Notes under the pieces: generated by a model | What the model was told of the DNA's origin: nothing | What the model saw: the letters and a program-made list of their open reading frames with translations, nothing else | The model's database searches: none | In this document: in pieces, positions 8,999-18,967 of the stretch | Layout of the letters: every line of letters starts with the position of its first letter | Position numbering within the stretch: the first letter of the stretch is position 1 | Translations under genes and position numbers: made by a program | From: Promethearchaeota archaeon | GTDB lineage: Archaea > Asgardarchaeota > Lokiarchaeia > Sigyniarchaeales > SOKP01 | Direction of reading: 5' to 3' | Length of the DNA stretch: 42,947 nucleotides | Assembly (NCBI GenBank): GCA_048939015.1 | Contig: JBHLPW010000046.1 | Location: 1 to 42,947, forward strand

Positions 8999-9436
8999 AT
9001 GGATTCTATCATATATAAAGTAATTTTTAGGGCACACGAACAATTTGAACATAAAAATCTTACTCTAAGTTTTAAAAGTTTAGAATTTAAGAAGCCAATT
9101 TCAATTTCTAAATTTATTTTAGAATTGAAAAATTTAAGTGAAATCAAACAGCACATAATCAGTTTTCAAAATATTGAAGAAGTCCTTATTATTGGGAATC
9201 CTACCATTGAACGAACCTACAACTATTATCTTGTAATATTATATACACATAAATCAAATAAAAAGAAAATCGGATACCTAATTGGAAATGTGAAGAATTT
9301 AGGTGATATTATTATAGGAGTTTGGCCTTTTAATAGAGATCTGAAAGATCTTTCAGAAGAGATTGTATTGGAGTCATATAATGATATGATGCAGAATCCA
9401 GGTAATTATACTACTATATGCCTAATCACACAATAG
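8999..9436 (+). CDS. Hypothetical protein
   Basis: 145-aa ATG ORF filling the gap between sui1 and the PfkB gene; no motif recognised. Confidence 0.7.
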   Translation: MDSIIYKVIFRAHEQFEHKNLTLSFKSLEFKKPISISKFILELKNLSEIKQHIISFQNIEEVLIIGNPTIERTYNYYLVILYTHKSNKKKIGYLIGNVKNLGDIIIGVWPFNRDLKDLSEEIVLESYNDMMQNPGNYTTICLITQ

Positions 9437-9455
9437 TTAGTAAGTAATTTAACAA

Positions 9456-10406
9456 TTAGATCCACAGATCTTTCTCATTATGTTTTAAAAATCTTAATAA
9501 TTCTGATTCATTTGGCATCCCGGTTCGAGCACCCAACTTCTGAATTTTAAATGCAGCTGCAGCATTTGCGTATTTTACCGATTTTTTTAAATTCCAATTT
9601 TTAATCCAATAAGCAAAGGAAAATGCTCCATTAAAAGCATCACCCGCACCAGTCGTATCGATTATATTATCGATATGGTAAGCAGGAATTCTAAATTGAG
9701 ATTCCTCAGTAGTAATTAATGCTCCATTCTTACCTAATGTTATAATTATGAGTGGTATCCCTTTATTTATTAAATTCCTCGCAGATTCTTCAGGAGTTTT
9801 ACATTTTGTTATCATCTTTGCTCCTTCTTTATTAGGGATTAATATATCTGCTTTTAAAATCATATTCTTCAATTTAGACCACCCACTTTGAGCTATCTGA
9901 GATTCTAAATCAATACTGATTTTCACATCATATTGTTTAGCTAATTCAATTGCTTTTTCTGATAATTTCGGATGGATTAAAGTTGTGTGTATTAGTTTTG
10001 CTTCAGATATGTACTCTGCTTCTAGATCAGAAAGGTCAAGCTTAGTTGTTTTCATATGAGGTGATTGAATAATAGTCTTCTCCCCTTTCACTACAAAAAT
10101 AAAATTTACAGGGGATTTCTGCCCTTTCTTTTTAAATGTAAGTTTTGTATCAATATTTTCTTTTTTAAATTCTTGAATTAAAAAATCTCCATATGAATCA
10201 TCTCCAACAGCACCAATAAATCCACATAACGCTCCAAGACGTGCTGTAGCAACAAGGAAATTAGCCGTTACACCGCCTGAGAAATAATTTTCCGAAATAG
10301 CATCTATTTTTTCGTCTGGTTTAGGAAAATGAGGAATTTCAGTAACCCAGTCGACCACTACTTCTCCTAATCCAATAATATCGATTTTCCCCATTTTAAA
10401 GCTCAA
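9456..10406 (-). CDS. PfkB/ribokinase-family carbohydrate kinase (ATG start possibly 10394)
   Basis: GGVTAN, GAVGDDSYG, ITLGKNGA, DTTGAGDAFNGAF. Confidence 0.93.
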   Translation of the reverse strand: MSFKMGKIDIIGLGEVVVDWVTEIPHFPKPDEKIDAISENYFSGGVTANFLVATARLGALCGFIGAVGDDSYGDFLIQEFKKENIDTKLTFKKKGQKSPVNFIFVVKGEKTIIQSPHMKTTKLDLSDLEAEYISEAKLIHTTLIHPKLSEKAIELAKQYDVKISIDLESQIAQSGWSKLKNMILKADILIPNKEGAKMITKCKTPEESARNLINKGIPLIIITLGKNGALITTEESQFRIPAYHIDNIIDTTGAGDAFNGAFSFAYWIKNWNLKKSVKYANAAAAFKIQKLGARTGMPNESELLRFLKHNEKDLWI

Positions 10407-10470
10407 GCTTTCTAAAGCAACAGCACATTTAAAGGTATTTAATTAAAAAAAGTTAAAATTATAATCGATC

Positions 10471-12195
10471 TTAGCTTTCCATCTTTTTCATTGCTCTCTC
10501 TAACTCTTCATCAATATTAACATCTTTAAAATCGTAGACAGATACCTCGTATTGATTAGAGTAATCACTGAATTTAGCTCTTCCTTTAATAATTATATCT
10601 TTACCAAGAAATTCAGAAGATTTTTTTTCTAAAAATTTCTCAAATTCGGGTGTTTCTTTTAGTTGCAGGACTTTATTTGTCTCTATGCCCAGTAAATTCT
10701 CCGCTTGATCTCCAATAAAAGTAGCTCTTATTGTTCCAGTTCCATCATCAATAATTAAATTAGTGATCATTCGAAATTCTGAATCATCTCCTTTTCCACA
10801 TGTACAATTCTCAACTTTTTTAAAACAATTTTTACAGGCTTCATAGATGGTAATATTATTAAGATCTTTAGCAATATAACCCTTTAATTCGATAGTACCA
10901 GGAGCTTTAATCATATCGATTTTTGTATATTCGCCAGAAAAATTCATTCCTCTCTCTTTTTTTTCTAAATCAATACTTTTAAGATTTTTAATTTCTAAAT
11001 CTAATAGTTCCAGTGTTGATTCACCAATTAAAGAGATCTCATTTCTTTTAGAAAAGGTACTATACTTAACCATTACATTTTCTAATAATAATCCCTGTCC
11101 AATACTTAAATCTTCAGAATACTTTTCAGCTATTTCCCGCCATAAAGTAACTCTTATACCATCTGTATCATCACTGACTATAAAACCTAGTAAAGAAACT
11201 TCTTCACCTGATTTTAGCGTTATTTTTTTAAGATTATCTACTGAGGTAATAATTCCCTTAAAAGTAACTAAACCCTTACTACTCTGAAGATCTTTTATTT
11301 TATTTACCTTTTTCCCCGATATATCGAGATCTTTACTTTCTTTTGTAATTGATGTGTTTCTATTTGCATATAAATCAATGGTATTTGAATCCAAGTTGCT
11401 TAACCGAGGGTTTAGATTCGTAATTAAAAGAACATCACCGACCTCTATTTCATTCAACTTTTCTGTATCATCATTCCAACAGGTAACTTTTACTGATCCT
11501 GTGGTATCTGAGAGAGATAAAGACCTTACTTTGCCAAATTCGCCATCTTTCCGAATAAACTCCCTCTCTGGAGAAATTTGGGTAACTTTTCCTTCTATGG
11601 ATAAAGATCTAAGATTTAAATTAATATCTTTTAAATTAATAGATTTAAAAGTGATTTTAGGATATTTATTATAATCCACATCTTCGGGAGATAATATTAC
11701 TTTTCCATATCTTCCTACATGTATTTCAATATCTCCATATTTCCCTTTCTTTGCATTTCCATTAATAATTTTTACAAGTTCATTCTTTTCAAAATTATGT
11801 TCATTAAAAACCTTGATTTGCTCATCCCAAATTACAATTCGTGCATCGCCCGTGATATCATGTAATAAAAATGAACCTACAAAACCTTTACTACCATCAT
11901 TTTTACTAAAACTGTTAACATTGTAGACCTCCTTGATTCGACCATATAAGTTTATGTTTTTCATATTTTGAGTGATATCAGAAATATTAATTTCAATTTC
12001 TTTTAAAAGATCTTTATTTTCATTTCTGATGTCAACACCTAGCTCTTTAGCTATTATAAATAAAGCGCCTTCATCAGAAATCAACCCTTTTAGTTCATTT
12101 TTCTTATCCTCAATTAGATTCTGGATTTCTTTTCTTGTTAAACCTGTATCCTCTATAATTTTATTCACATAAACCTCAGTTTTCATTTCCATCAC
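10471..12195 (-). CDS. Replication protein A large subunit (multiple OB folds plus Zn finger)
   Basis: N-terminal GLISDEGALFIIAKELGV; four OB repeats (DITGDARIVIW, DTTGSVKVTCW, DDTDGIRVTLW, DDGTGTIRATF); ACKNC...CTC. Confidence 0.9.
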   Translation of the reverse strand: MMEMKTEVYVNKIIEDTGLTRKEIQNLIEDKKNELKGLISDEGALFIIAKELGVDIRNENKDLLKEIEINISDITQNMKNINLYGRIKEVYNVNSFSKNDGSKGFVGSFLLHDITGDARIVIWDEQIKVFNEHNFEKNELVKIINGNAKKGKYGDIEIHVGRYGKVILSPEDVDYNKYPKITFKSINLKDINLNLRSLSIEGKVTQISPEREFIRKDGEFGKVRSLSLSDTTGSVKVTCWNDDTEKLNEIEVGDVLLITNLNPRLSNLDSNTIDLYANRNTSITKESKDLDISGKKVNKIKDLQSSKGLVTFKGIITSVDNLKKITLKSGEEVSLLGFIVSDDTDGIRVTLWREIAEKYSEDLSIGQGLLLENVMVKYSTFSKRNEISLIGESTLELLDLEIKNLKSIDLEKKERGMNFSGEYTKIDMIKAPGTIELKGYIAKDLNNITIYEACKNCFKKVENCTCGKGDDSEFRMITNLIIDDGTGTIRATFIGDQAENLLGIETNKVLQLKETPEFEKFLEKKSSEFLGKDIIIKGRAKFSDYSNQYEVSVYDFKDVNIDEELERAMKKMES

Positions 12196-12407
12196 AATAT
12201 AATTCCTTACCTTTTAAAAATATTTTAGAAGGGATTATTTAAAAAAAAAATTATTTAATTGTAATTAAAAAAAGTTTTTCTTTTAAAATTAAAGAGTATT
12301 AAATAAAGGTAATTTTTTAAAATTATCTTATTGGAGATTATCACAAAAAGAGAAATAACCTTCAAATCTTATTGGATAAGTTAACAAATTTTGGTTTAAG
12401 ATTATAA

Positions 12408-13154
12408 ATGACAAACTTTAGAATTATACCAGTAATAGATATTTTGAATTCCAAGGCAGTTCATGCCATAAAGGGAGAAAGAGATAAGTATAAACCTTTC
12501 GAATCATATTTATTCCAATCATCTGATCCAATAGAAATTATACAACTCATTAATAGGAGATTAGGTTTTGATGAACTTTATATTGCAGATTTAGATTCTA
12601 TTTTATATAAAAAACCCAATTTTGAAATTTTAAATGAAATAATGGCTATTCCCAAATTAGAGATAATATTGGACCCTGGAATAGTTGATCAAAAAGACAT
12701 CACTAATTTCTCAGGATATAACATAAAGGGGCTAATCTTAGGATTAGAAACTCTTAAGACCATTAAAGTGATTGAACAAAGTTTACAGATCTTGGAACAG
12801 AATGAAATTATTGTGAGTGTTGATATGTTTAAAGGACAGATAATATCACATGCTAAAGATATTAGAGCTCACGATCCTATAAGACTTATTAAATTACTTG
12901 AATCCTTAGGTATTAGAAATATTATTCTCTTAGATTTATTCAGAGTAGGACAAAAAATTGGAGGAATTCCACCACTCTATTTAGATATTGTAAAGAATTT
13001 TACAGGAGACATTTATGTTGGTGGTGGGATCAAAAATTATCGTGATATTTTAGATTATAAAGAACAGAACTTTGCGGGTATACTAATCGCAACAGCCTTA
13101 TATGATGGTACAATTAATATTGATAAATTAAAAAGTTTATATTTGGAAGATTAA
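12408..13154 (+). CDS. HisA/HisF-related TIM-barrel protein (type linked to C1-cofactor synthesis)
   Basis: IIPVIDI, AVHAIKGERDKYKP, LYIADLDSI, LLDLFRVG, YVGGGI, IATALYDG. Confidence 0.82.
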   Translation: MTNFRIIPVIDILNSKAVHAIKGERDKYKPFESYLFQSSDPIEIIQLINRRLGFDELYIADLDSILYKKPNFEILNEIMAIPKLEIILDPGIVDQKDITNFSGYNIKGLILGLETLKTIKVIEQSLQILEQNEIIVSVDMFKGQIISHAKDIRAHDPIRLIKLLESLGIRNIILLDLFRVGQKIGGIPPLYLDIVKNFTGDIYVGGGIKNYRDILDYKEQNFAGILIATALYDGTINIDKLKSLYLED

Positions 13155-13155
13155 A

Positions 13156-13683
13156 TTAATCTATAAATATTACACCGGTACTAGAAACATTTAAAGATTT
13201 CTTACAAACTGGACAAGTATGTTTCATTCTAACCCAATCTGCTAAGTGATCTCTGTGAGCTTTTGCTTCACAAATAGGACAGCCGGTAACTTCATCAAAA
13301 ATCTCTATATTTTTACCACATACAGAACATTTTGTTTTAGATGCGGTAGAAACTCTTATTAACTCTTTTTTGATATCTAATGTAACAGATTCTGTATTTT
13401 CTGCTGTAGGACTAATTTGCTTTAATTCCTCTCTCGTATCAACACAAAATATTGATCCCTCTGTATCATCCTTCTTATTACCAATCCAAACAACTTTGCC
13501 TTTGAAATAACTTGAACCTTGATCCTCCAATGTTAAGTTTAAGCGCCGATCTTCCATCACATAAGTTTGGATAACTTTAGTGTATTTTAAACCTAAGTGT
13601 GAAGATAATTGGTTAACTACCTCTATTGGTTCTTTAAATACTTCCTCAGTAATATCCACTTTTGTAATTTCTTTTGGTGACAT
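13156..13683 (-). CDS. Protein with C-terminal RING-like zinc finger
   Basis: CSVC-x12-CPIC-x4-H-x2-H-x3-W-x6-CPVC. Confidence 0.75.
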   Translation of the reverse strand: MSPKEITKVDITEEVFKEPIEVVNQLSSHLGLKYTKVIQTYVMEDRRLNLTLEDQGSSYFKGKVVWIGNKKDDTEGSIFCVDTREELKQISPTAENTESVTLDIKKELIRVSTASKTKCSVCGKNIEIFDEVTGCPICEAKAHRDHLADWVRMKHTCPVCKKSLNVSSTGVIFID

Positions 13684-13875
13684 ATTATGCTCTCTATAAT
13701 TTTTTATATTTTAATAAAAATGATTTCATATAAATCTTTATATAAATTCATACAAAAATAAATGTTTTGCATTTCATAATTCCATTTTCTAAAAACTTGT
13801 ATTTGAAATAGTATTTACTTCAAATTCAAATCCCATAAAAATTTTTTAATATATTATCATTATATTAGATGCACT

Positions 13876-14607
13876 ATGTCTTCTAAAATCAAACTGTTAA
13901 TAAGCCCTAGGACGATTGAAGAAGCAAAAATTGTTATAAATAATCAAATAGAATATATAGATTGTAAAAATCCGAAAGAGGGGTCACTAGGAGCAAATTT
14001 TCCTTGGATTATTAAGGAAATGAAAAGTTTAATTCCTAGCAATAGTCATCAATTATTAAGCGCGACAATTGGTGATTTCCCAAATCTTCCGGGTTCAGCA
14101 TCTTTAGCTGCCTTAGGTGCTGCAGTCTCAGGTGCAGATATTATAAAAGTTGGATTAAAAGGACCGAAAAATGAAAAAGATGCGATTAAGTTAATGAAAA
14201 ATGTTGTTAAAGCAGTTAAAGATTATAATAAAGATATAAAAGTTGTTGCTGCAGGATACGCTGACCGTATACGGATGAATTCTTCACCAGAATTTATGAG
14301 TATTCCTACAATCGCATCAGAATCTAGAGCAGATATTGCTATGCTTGACACTTATATTAAGGATGGTAAAGGATTGTTTGATTTTCTTAAGGTAGATCAA
14401 TTAATTCAATTTAAGAATAAAGCATCTGATTATGGTCTGAAAGTAGCGCTAGCAGGAAATTTAATGAGAAAGGATATTCCTTTAATAAATGATATTTCAC
14501 CTGATATTATCGGTATAAGATCAGCTGTATGTGAAGGTTATGATAGAATGAAGGGAATAATTAACGCAGATCTTATTACAAAATTGAAAATAGAATTATA
14601 TACATAA
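13876..14607 (+). CDS. mfnB: (5-formylfuran-3-yl)methyl phosphate synthase (methanofuran biosynthesis, DUF556)
   Basis: LLISP, IDCKNPKEGSLGANFPW, SATIGD, IKVGL, MLDTYIKDGKGLFD, ALAG, IIGIRSAVC. Confidence 0.92.
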   Translation: MSSKIKLLISPRTIEEAKIVINNQIEYIDCKNPKEGSLGANFPWIIKEMKSLIPSNSHQLLSATIGDFPNLPGSASLAALGAAVSGADIIKVGLKGPKNEKDAIKLMKNVVKAVKDYNKDIKVVAAGYADRIRMNSSPEFMSIPTIASESRADIAMLDTYIKDGKGLFDFLKVDQLIQFKNKASDYGLKVALAGNLMRKDIPLINDISPDIIGIRSAVCEGYDRMKGIINADLITKLKIELYT

Positions 14608-14627
14608 AAATATAATTCAATAAAACC

Positions 14628-15590
14628 TCATTTATTCTTTACTATAAATGATGATTTTTCATGAACGGAGGTACTAAAGATTTTAATTTCTGGCCTATAA
14701 GACTCGAATACACTTAAAACGTGCTTCTCCTCTTCTTTTTTGCATATCGCATAGACTGAACGTCCTAATTGATTCATACTTGCACCAATAATGTTTAATT
14801 TGTTCAGACTATCCATTAATTCTTTTATTTCTGGTAAATCGAGAATATCAAGAATTTCGGTATTCTTTACAAACTCTATTGATGTTTTTACAAATGTTTT
14901 AATATTTGGATCGATAATTAAGGATTCTAAGGCTTTTTTACCGGCTTCCTTAATTTTTATACTTAAGATAGGGTCTGACAATATAGATTTTGTTGGGATT
15001 ATTCCTAAAGACCCACAGATAATTTTTATACCTCGTGGTACTTTAATTCTCTCATAAACACAAGGAAAGCCAGATTCTTTTAAAATTCCCATTCCACCAT
15101 TTATTTGACCGCATACGGTTCCCAATCCAGTTCGATTCACAACTTCAGCAATATGAGCAATCTTTCCTTTTTCTAGATAAGTAAGATTTAAATTCAAAAG
15201 ATGATCTAAGCCAAATATGGTGCCCAATGCTCCTGATCCACTGGCTCCATATCCGCATCCTACCGGTAGTTCAAAAGAATGATAGATCTTTATATTATAT
15301 GGCTTTTTTAAGTATTTTCTAATATAATTAACTATATAGTATGTTGTCTCTGCCTGTTGATTTACTTTTTCACCATTAATAAAAATATCTACTTCAAATT
15401 CATCACTATTATTATTTATTTGAGCAGTTATTTCTGTTATTCCTAAAACGTTTACACAGAATCCTGCTCCTCTAGACCCAATCCTTTCGGGCTCAGAGAT
15501 CTTAACTCCATTAATTTTATCAACAATTTCAAAAAATCCAGATATTCTATGCGGAATTTCAACTCGTATTTTTTTCGTTCTAATAGACAT
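14628..15590 (-). CDS. Pantoate kinase (GHMP family)
   Basis: PHRISGFF, GSRGAGF, LPVGCGYGASGSGALG, AHIAEV..RTGLGTV, ASMNQLG. Confidence 0.88.
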   Translation of the reverse strand: MSIRTKKIRVEIPHRISGFFEIVDKINGVKISEPERIGSRGAGFCVNVLGITEITAQINNNSDEFEVDIFINGEKVNQQAETTYYIVNYIRKYLKKPYNIKIYHSFELPVGCGYGASGSGALGTIFGLDHLLNLNLTYLEKGKIAHIAEVVNRTGLGTVCGQINGGMGILKESGFPCVYERIKVPRGIKIICGSLGIIPTKSILSDPILSIKIKEAGKKALESLIIDPNIKTFVKTSIEFVKNTEILDILDLPEIKELMDSLNKLNIIGASMNQLGRSVYAICKKEEEKHVLSVFESYRPEIKIFSTSVHEKSSFIVKNK

Positions 15591-15658
15591 TAAACTAAAA
15601 TAACTTAATTTATCAAATCCACTTATAATATTACAAAGAAGATTTCAATGAAAATATT

Positions 15659-16375
15659 ATGAAAGATAAAAATATTGTCATAAAAATCGGGGGTTCATTA
15701 TTGTTTACCGAGGATAACGAGATTGATAGTACAACGATTCAAAATTTCGGTCGAATTTTCCAAAAAGCAATACATTCTGGAATTCACATAATTATATGTG
15801 GAGGAGGTAAACTTGCTCGCAAATATATAAATGCAGTAAGATCATTTCAAGAGAATGAAGCATTATGTGACACATTTGGAATTGATCTGTCTCGAATAAA
15901 TGCTAAATTACTCATATCTGCTTTTCAAGATTTAGCTTATCCGATAGTTCCAAAATCTATAGAAGAAGTTTCAACCGCAGTGCTTTTTGGAAAGTTTGTA
16001 ATTATGGGAGGGTTACAACCAGGTCAATCTACCACATCAGTCGCTCTCGAAGTAGCTGAATTCATTAAAGCTGAAGAATTGGTGATCCTCACAGATGTGG
16101 ATGGTATTTATGATAAAGATCCTAAGAGATTCGATGATGCTAAACTATTGAAAAGTTTGACATATAATGAATTACAAGAAATCATTATTAACTCAACAGG
16201 AAATAAACAAGCAGCAGCAGGAGAATATAGAATTTTTGATGCTGTTTCATTACAAATATTGAAAAGAAGTAAGCTTAATATAAGAATTATGTCAGGTAAA
16301 AATCTAAAAGATTTCGAAAAATATTGGAACGGCGAAAAAAATATTATTTGTACTACTATTACTGAAAGAAAATAA
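15659..16375 (+). CDS. pyrH: UMP kinase
   Basis: IKIGGS, GGGKLARKYI, MGGLQPGQST, TDVDGIYDKDP. Confidence 0.93.
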   Translation: MKDKNIVIKIGGSLLFTEDNEIDSTTIQNFGRIFQKAIHSGIHIIICGGGKLARKYINAVRSFQENEALCDTFGIDLSRINAKLLISAFQDLAYPIVPKSIEEVSTAVLFGKFVIMGGLQPGQSTTSVALEVAEFIKAEELVILTDVDGIYDKDPKRFDDAKLLKSLTYNELQEIIINSTGNKQAAAGEYRIFDAVSLQILKRSKLNIRIMSGKNLKDFEKYWNGEKNIICTTITERK

Positions 16376-16442
16376 TTAATAAATTATTTTAATCTTCTAA
16401 TTTTTATTATACTATATTAAACCTCTAAAAATTGAGTTAAAA

Positions 16443-16682
16443 ATGTCTCAATCTTCATGGAAAGATCAAATAAAAAAAAAATGGGGCCCCCATAGCCACT
16501 GTCCAATATGCGGTAAAGCAATGCCTAACGATAAAAAGTTTTGCAGTCAAGTTTGCAGGGATAATTATCTGAATCAAGAGAAGAAGCAGAAGAAAAAATC
16601 AAGAATGCAATGTGTATTCATGATTGTAATGTTAGTTGTAATGAGTCTAGTAATGTTTATCCTTCCATTAGCGGGGGGTTAA
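16443..16682 (+). CDS. DUF2116-like Zn-ribbon protein with C-terminal transmembrane helix
   Basis: PHSHCPICGKAMP...FCSQVC, basic stretch, then one hydrophobic helix. Confidence 0.82.
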   Translation: MSQSSWKDQIKKKWGPHSHCPICGKAMPNDKKFCSQVCRDNYLNQEKKQKKKSRMQCVFMIVMLVVMSLVMFILPLAGG

Positions 16683-16797
16683 ATTGAATGATAAAATTAG
16701 CTCATATTGTTTATTTTTATAATACTCATAATTATTTGAAAAAGTTAAAATAAAAATTTCAATTAATGAATATATAAAACATTTAACAAATTTACAA

Positions 16798-16959
16798 GCA
16801 GGGATAACCAAGTTGGTCAACGGTGCCGGACTTTTTTCGAAAATAACCTTCATAAACTGGACTCAAGATCAGATTATTATTTTATCCGTTGATTAACATA
16901 ATAACTAATGAGATATCCGGTGAGATAGCTCTTCGTGGGTTCGAATCCCACTCCCTGCA
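16798..16959 (+). tRNA. tRNA-Leu(CAA) with two introns (16832-16862 at 32/33; 16868-16914 at 37/38)
   Basis: Acceptor GCAGGGA/TCCCTGC; spliced anticodon arm CCGGA-CTCAAGA-TCCGG; BHB helices CCGG/CTGG and CTCA/TGAG; long variable arm. Confidence 0.88.
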
Positions 16960-16962
16960 TTA

Positions 16963-17325
16963 TTATGTTGTTTCATTTAAATTTTCGAAAGTATCATTCA
17001 AGAAATTTATCAACGGTTTTATTATTTCTTCTTCATTTTTCTTATTCTTAATAAATAGAAGGAGAAGCACCGGTGCCTTGAGGATGTTTGAAGCTCTTTC
17101 AGCTATAATAGTACTCAATAGTTTTTTATTTACACCAAATAAATTATATGAAGCCGTCAATGATTTTAATCCTTCAATAGTGGGAGGACTGCCTAGAGTT
17201 ATGCTTCCAATCCCCATATTTGGCTGATCAGAAATTAATAACAGAAAACTCTTATGTAATTTAAAGAGTTTTATATAAAATGGAATTTCCTCAATTTTAA
17301 TGTTTTTTTCAACAATAATTTTCAT
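16963..17325 (-). CDS. Proteasome assembly chaperone 4 (PAC4/PSMG4)-like protein
   Basis: Size (120 aa) and pattern FLLLISD...GIGSITLGSP...LFG...LSTIIAERAS...PVLLLLFI. Confidence 0.55.
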   Translation of the reverse strand: MKIIVEKNIKIEEIPFYIKLFKLHKSFLLLISDQPNMGIGSITLGSPPTIEGLKSLTASYNLFGVNKKLLSTIIAERASNILKAPVLLLLFIKNKKNEEEIIKPLINFLNDTFENLNETT

Positions 17326-17461
17326 AGTTATTGATAAAAATGAATATAAAATTTGAATATATAATAGAATGTTGGAAGTATATTATAACAATGCTTATAT
17401 TATTTTATTTTATTTAAAAATTATATCAAAATAACATGGAATCAATTAAAGAATCTTTAGA

Positions 17462-17689
17462 GTGTTAAAAATCGAAGGTATAAACAGAAAAAAATTTAGT
17501 AATGAAATAAATACTTGCTATAATTGTGGGTTCAGGATTAATGATAAAAAGCTGAAATATTGTCCTAAATGTCAAGCAATCTTAGATCCTAATACATACA
17601 TAAATTGGAAAAAAAGTTGGTATGGTTTTTTATGCTGTTTATGCATTATTCCTTTATTAATTGCTCTAATAATAATATTTTTCTTTTGA
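17462..17689 (+). CDS. Small zinc-ribbon membrane protein
   Basis: CYNCG...YCPKC followed by a C-terminal hydrophobic helix; start uncertain. Confidence 0.7.
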   Translation: MLKIEGINRKKFSNEINTCYNCGFRINDKKLKYCPKCQAILDPNTYINWKKSWYGFLCCLCIIPLLIALIIIFFF

Positions 17690-17701
17690 TTTCAGAATGA
17701 A

Positions 17702-18196
17702 TTAATCAGAAGATATTACTACATCAGATAGTCTCTGCCTTCGAATATCAAAATCATGATCAAGATGGATAGTTAAACAATGTTGATCTTCTTTTTGCAG
17801 ATTTTTATGAACATAACTTATTGGAACAACAGGTAATTCGGATTCCAATACTGCTTTTTTTGGAATTGGAACTGGGATAACTGCTTTGCATCGCTCACAG
17901 TTTACTAATACTACTTTAATATCTGGTGATTCTATTTTTTTCATTCTTTCTAAAACATCACCAGATAATTTAGAAGTAACCAAAGTTAATTTCTCTTGCT
18001 TTTTGGGTGCTTCAGGAACAGTAGGAACATCTAATTCTTGGTCTACTTTTGATAAGTATTCTGTTTTTGTTTCATCCTCTTTCGTTTTTGAAGTAGTTTC
18101 ATTCTTTAAGTCTTTGGTCTCCTCTTTCTTGACTTTACTCTTACTTGTTTTAAGATTTGAAGGTTTTTTTTCCTTAACTATATTCTTTTTAACCAA
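17702..18196 (-). CDS. Hypothetical protein with charged disordered N-terminus and putative Zn-binding C-terminal domain
   Basis: K/E/T-rich N-terminal half; CERC...YVH...HCLTIHLDHDFDIR. Confidence 0.75.
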   Translation of the reverse strand: MVKKNIVKEKKPSNLKTSKSKVKKEETKDLKNETTSKTKEDETKTEYLSKVDQELDVPTVPEAPKKQEKLTLVTSKLSGDVLERMKKIESPDIKVVLVNCERCKAVIPVPIPKKAVLESELPVVPISYVHKNLQKEDQHCLTIHLDHDFDIRRQRLSDVVISSD

Positions 18197-18352
18197 AAAT
18201 GTCTCACTATTTAAAAATTGAAACCTCTACTTATTAAAAACATCTAAAATTATAAAAATTTATATATTTTTAAATTGATACTTTGCTTTCCATCTATGAC
18301 TATAAAGATAAGAATTGGGTGTTCTCTAAAAATACTTAATCAAAAATATTAA

Positions 18353-18967
18353 TTAAACACCAAAAATCTGTCTTAGCTCATTATAGATTTTTGATAATTC
18401 AGATATTATCTGAGCATTATTTTGCTGAAGGTAATAATTTATATAGCCTGCTAATCCTTCACTATCTTTAATCCAATCTAAGAATGATTGGATCTCTCCT
18501 TTAAGTTGAGGATCAACAGCAGATGCCGCTGCTACTGAAGATTGTGTTCCAGCAGAAGCTCCCCCGCCCAATTGAGCGCCCGAATCCATATATGGACCTT
18601 GGGTACTCATATTACTTACCGCTCTTTGAACATCCATAATAGCTCCACGAGCATCTCCGTCAGGCTGTAGATAGCAAATAAGTTTATGTTCATCATCTTT
18701 TGCAGCACAAATACTTCCCTCGCCTTTCAACGATATTGCAACTAAACGCTCAGGTTCCATTTGTAATATAGAATATTTTACTCCAGAGACCATAATAAAT
18801 TGAGCATTTTGACCCATCCAACTTGAAACAACTCTATCAACATCACCGCTAATATCCCAATTATCTGTAGAATAAATAACTTGCTTCCCTTGAATTACTG
18901 CAGCAGCAATAATGTTAGGATCTGCTTGCATTAAATTATAAACTGCGGTTGCGGGATCGTCAGGCAT
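18353..18967 (-). CDS. Profilin-like protein with C-terminal extension
   Basis: IIAAAVI..VIYSTDNWDI...IMVSGVKYSILQ..PERLVA...GEGSI matches the profilin fold pattern of Asgard profilins. Confidence 0.8.
   Translation of the reverse strand: MPDDPATAVYNLMQADPNIIAAAVIQGKQVIYSTDNWDISGDVDRVVSSWMGQNAQFIMVSGVKYSILQMEPERLVAISLKGEGSICAAKDDEHKLICYLQPDGDARGAIMDVQRAVSNMSTQGPYMDSGAQLGGGASAGTQSSVAAASAVDPQLKGEIQSFLDWIKDSEGLAGYINYYLQQNNAQIISELSKIYNELRQIFGV

Noticed and set aside
16668-17227. ORFs 16668-16853 and 16889-17227
   Set aside because: They overlap tRNA-Leu and the opposite-strand gene
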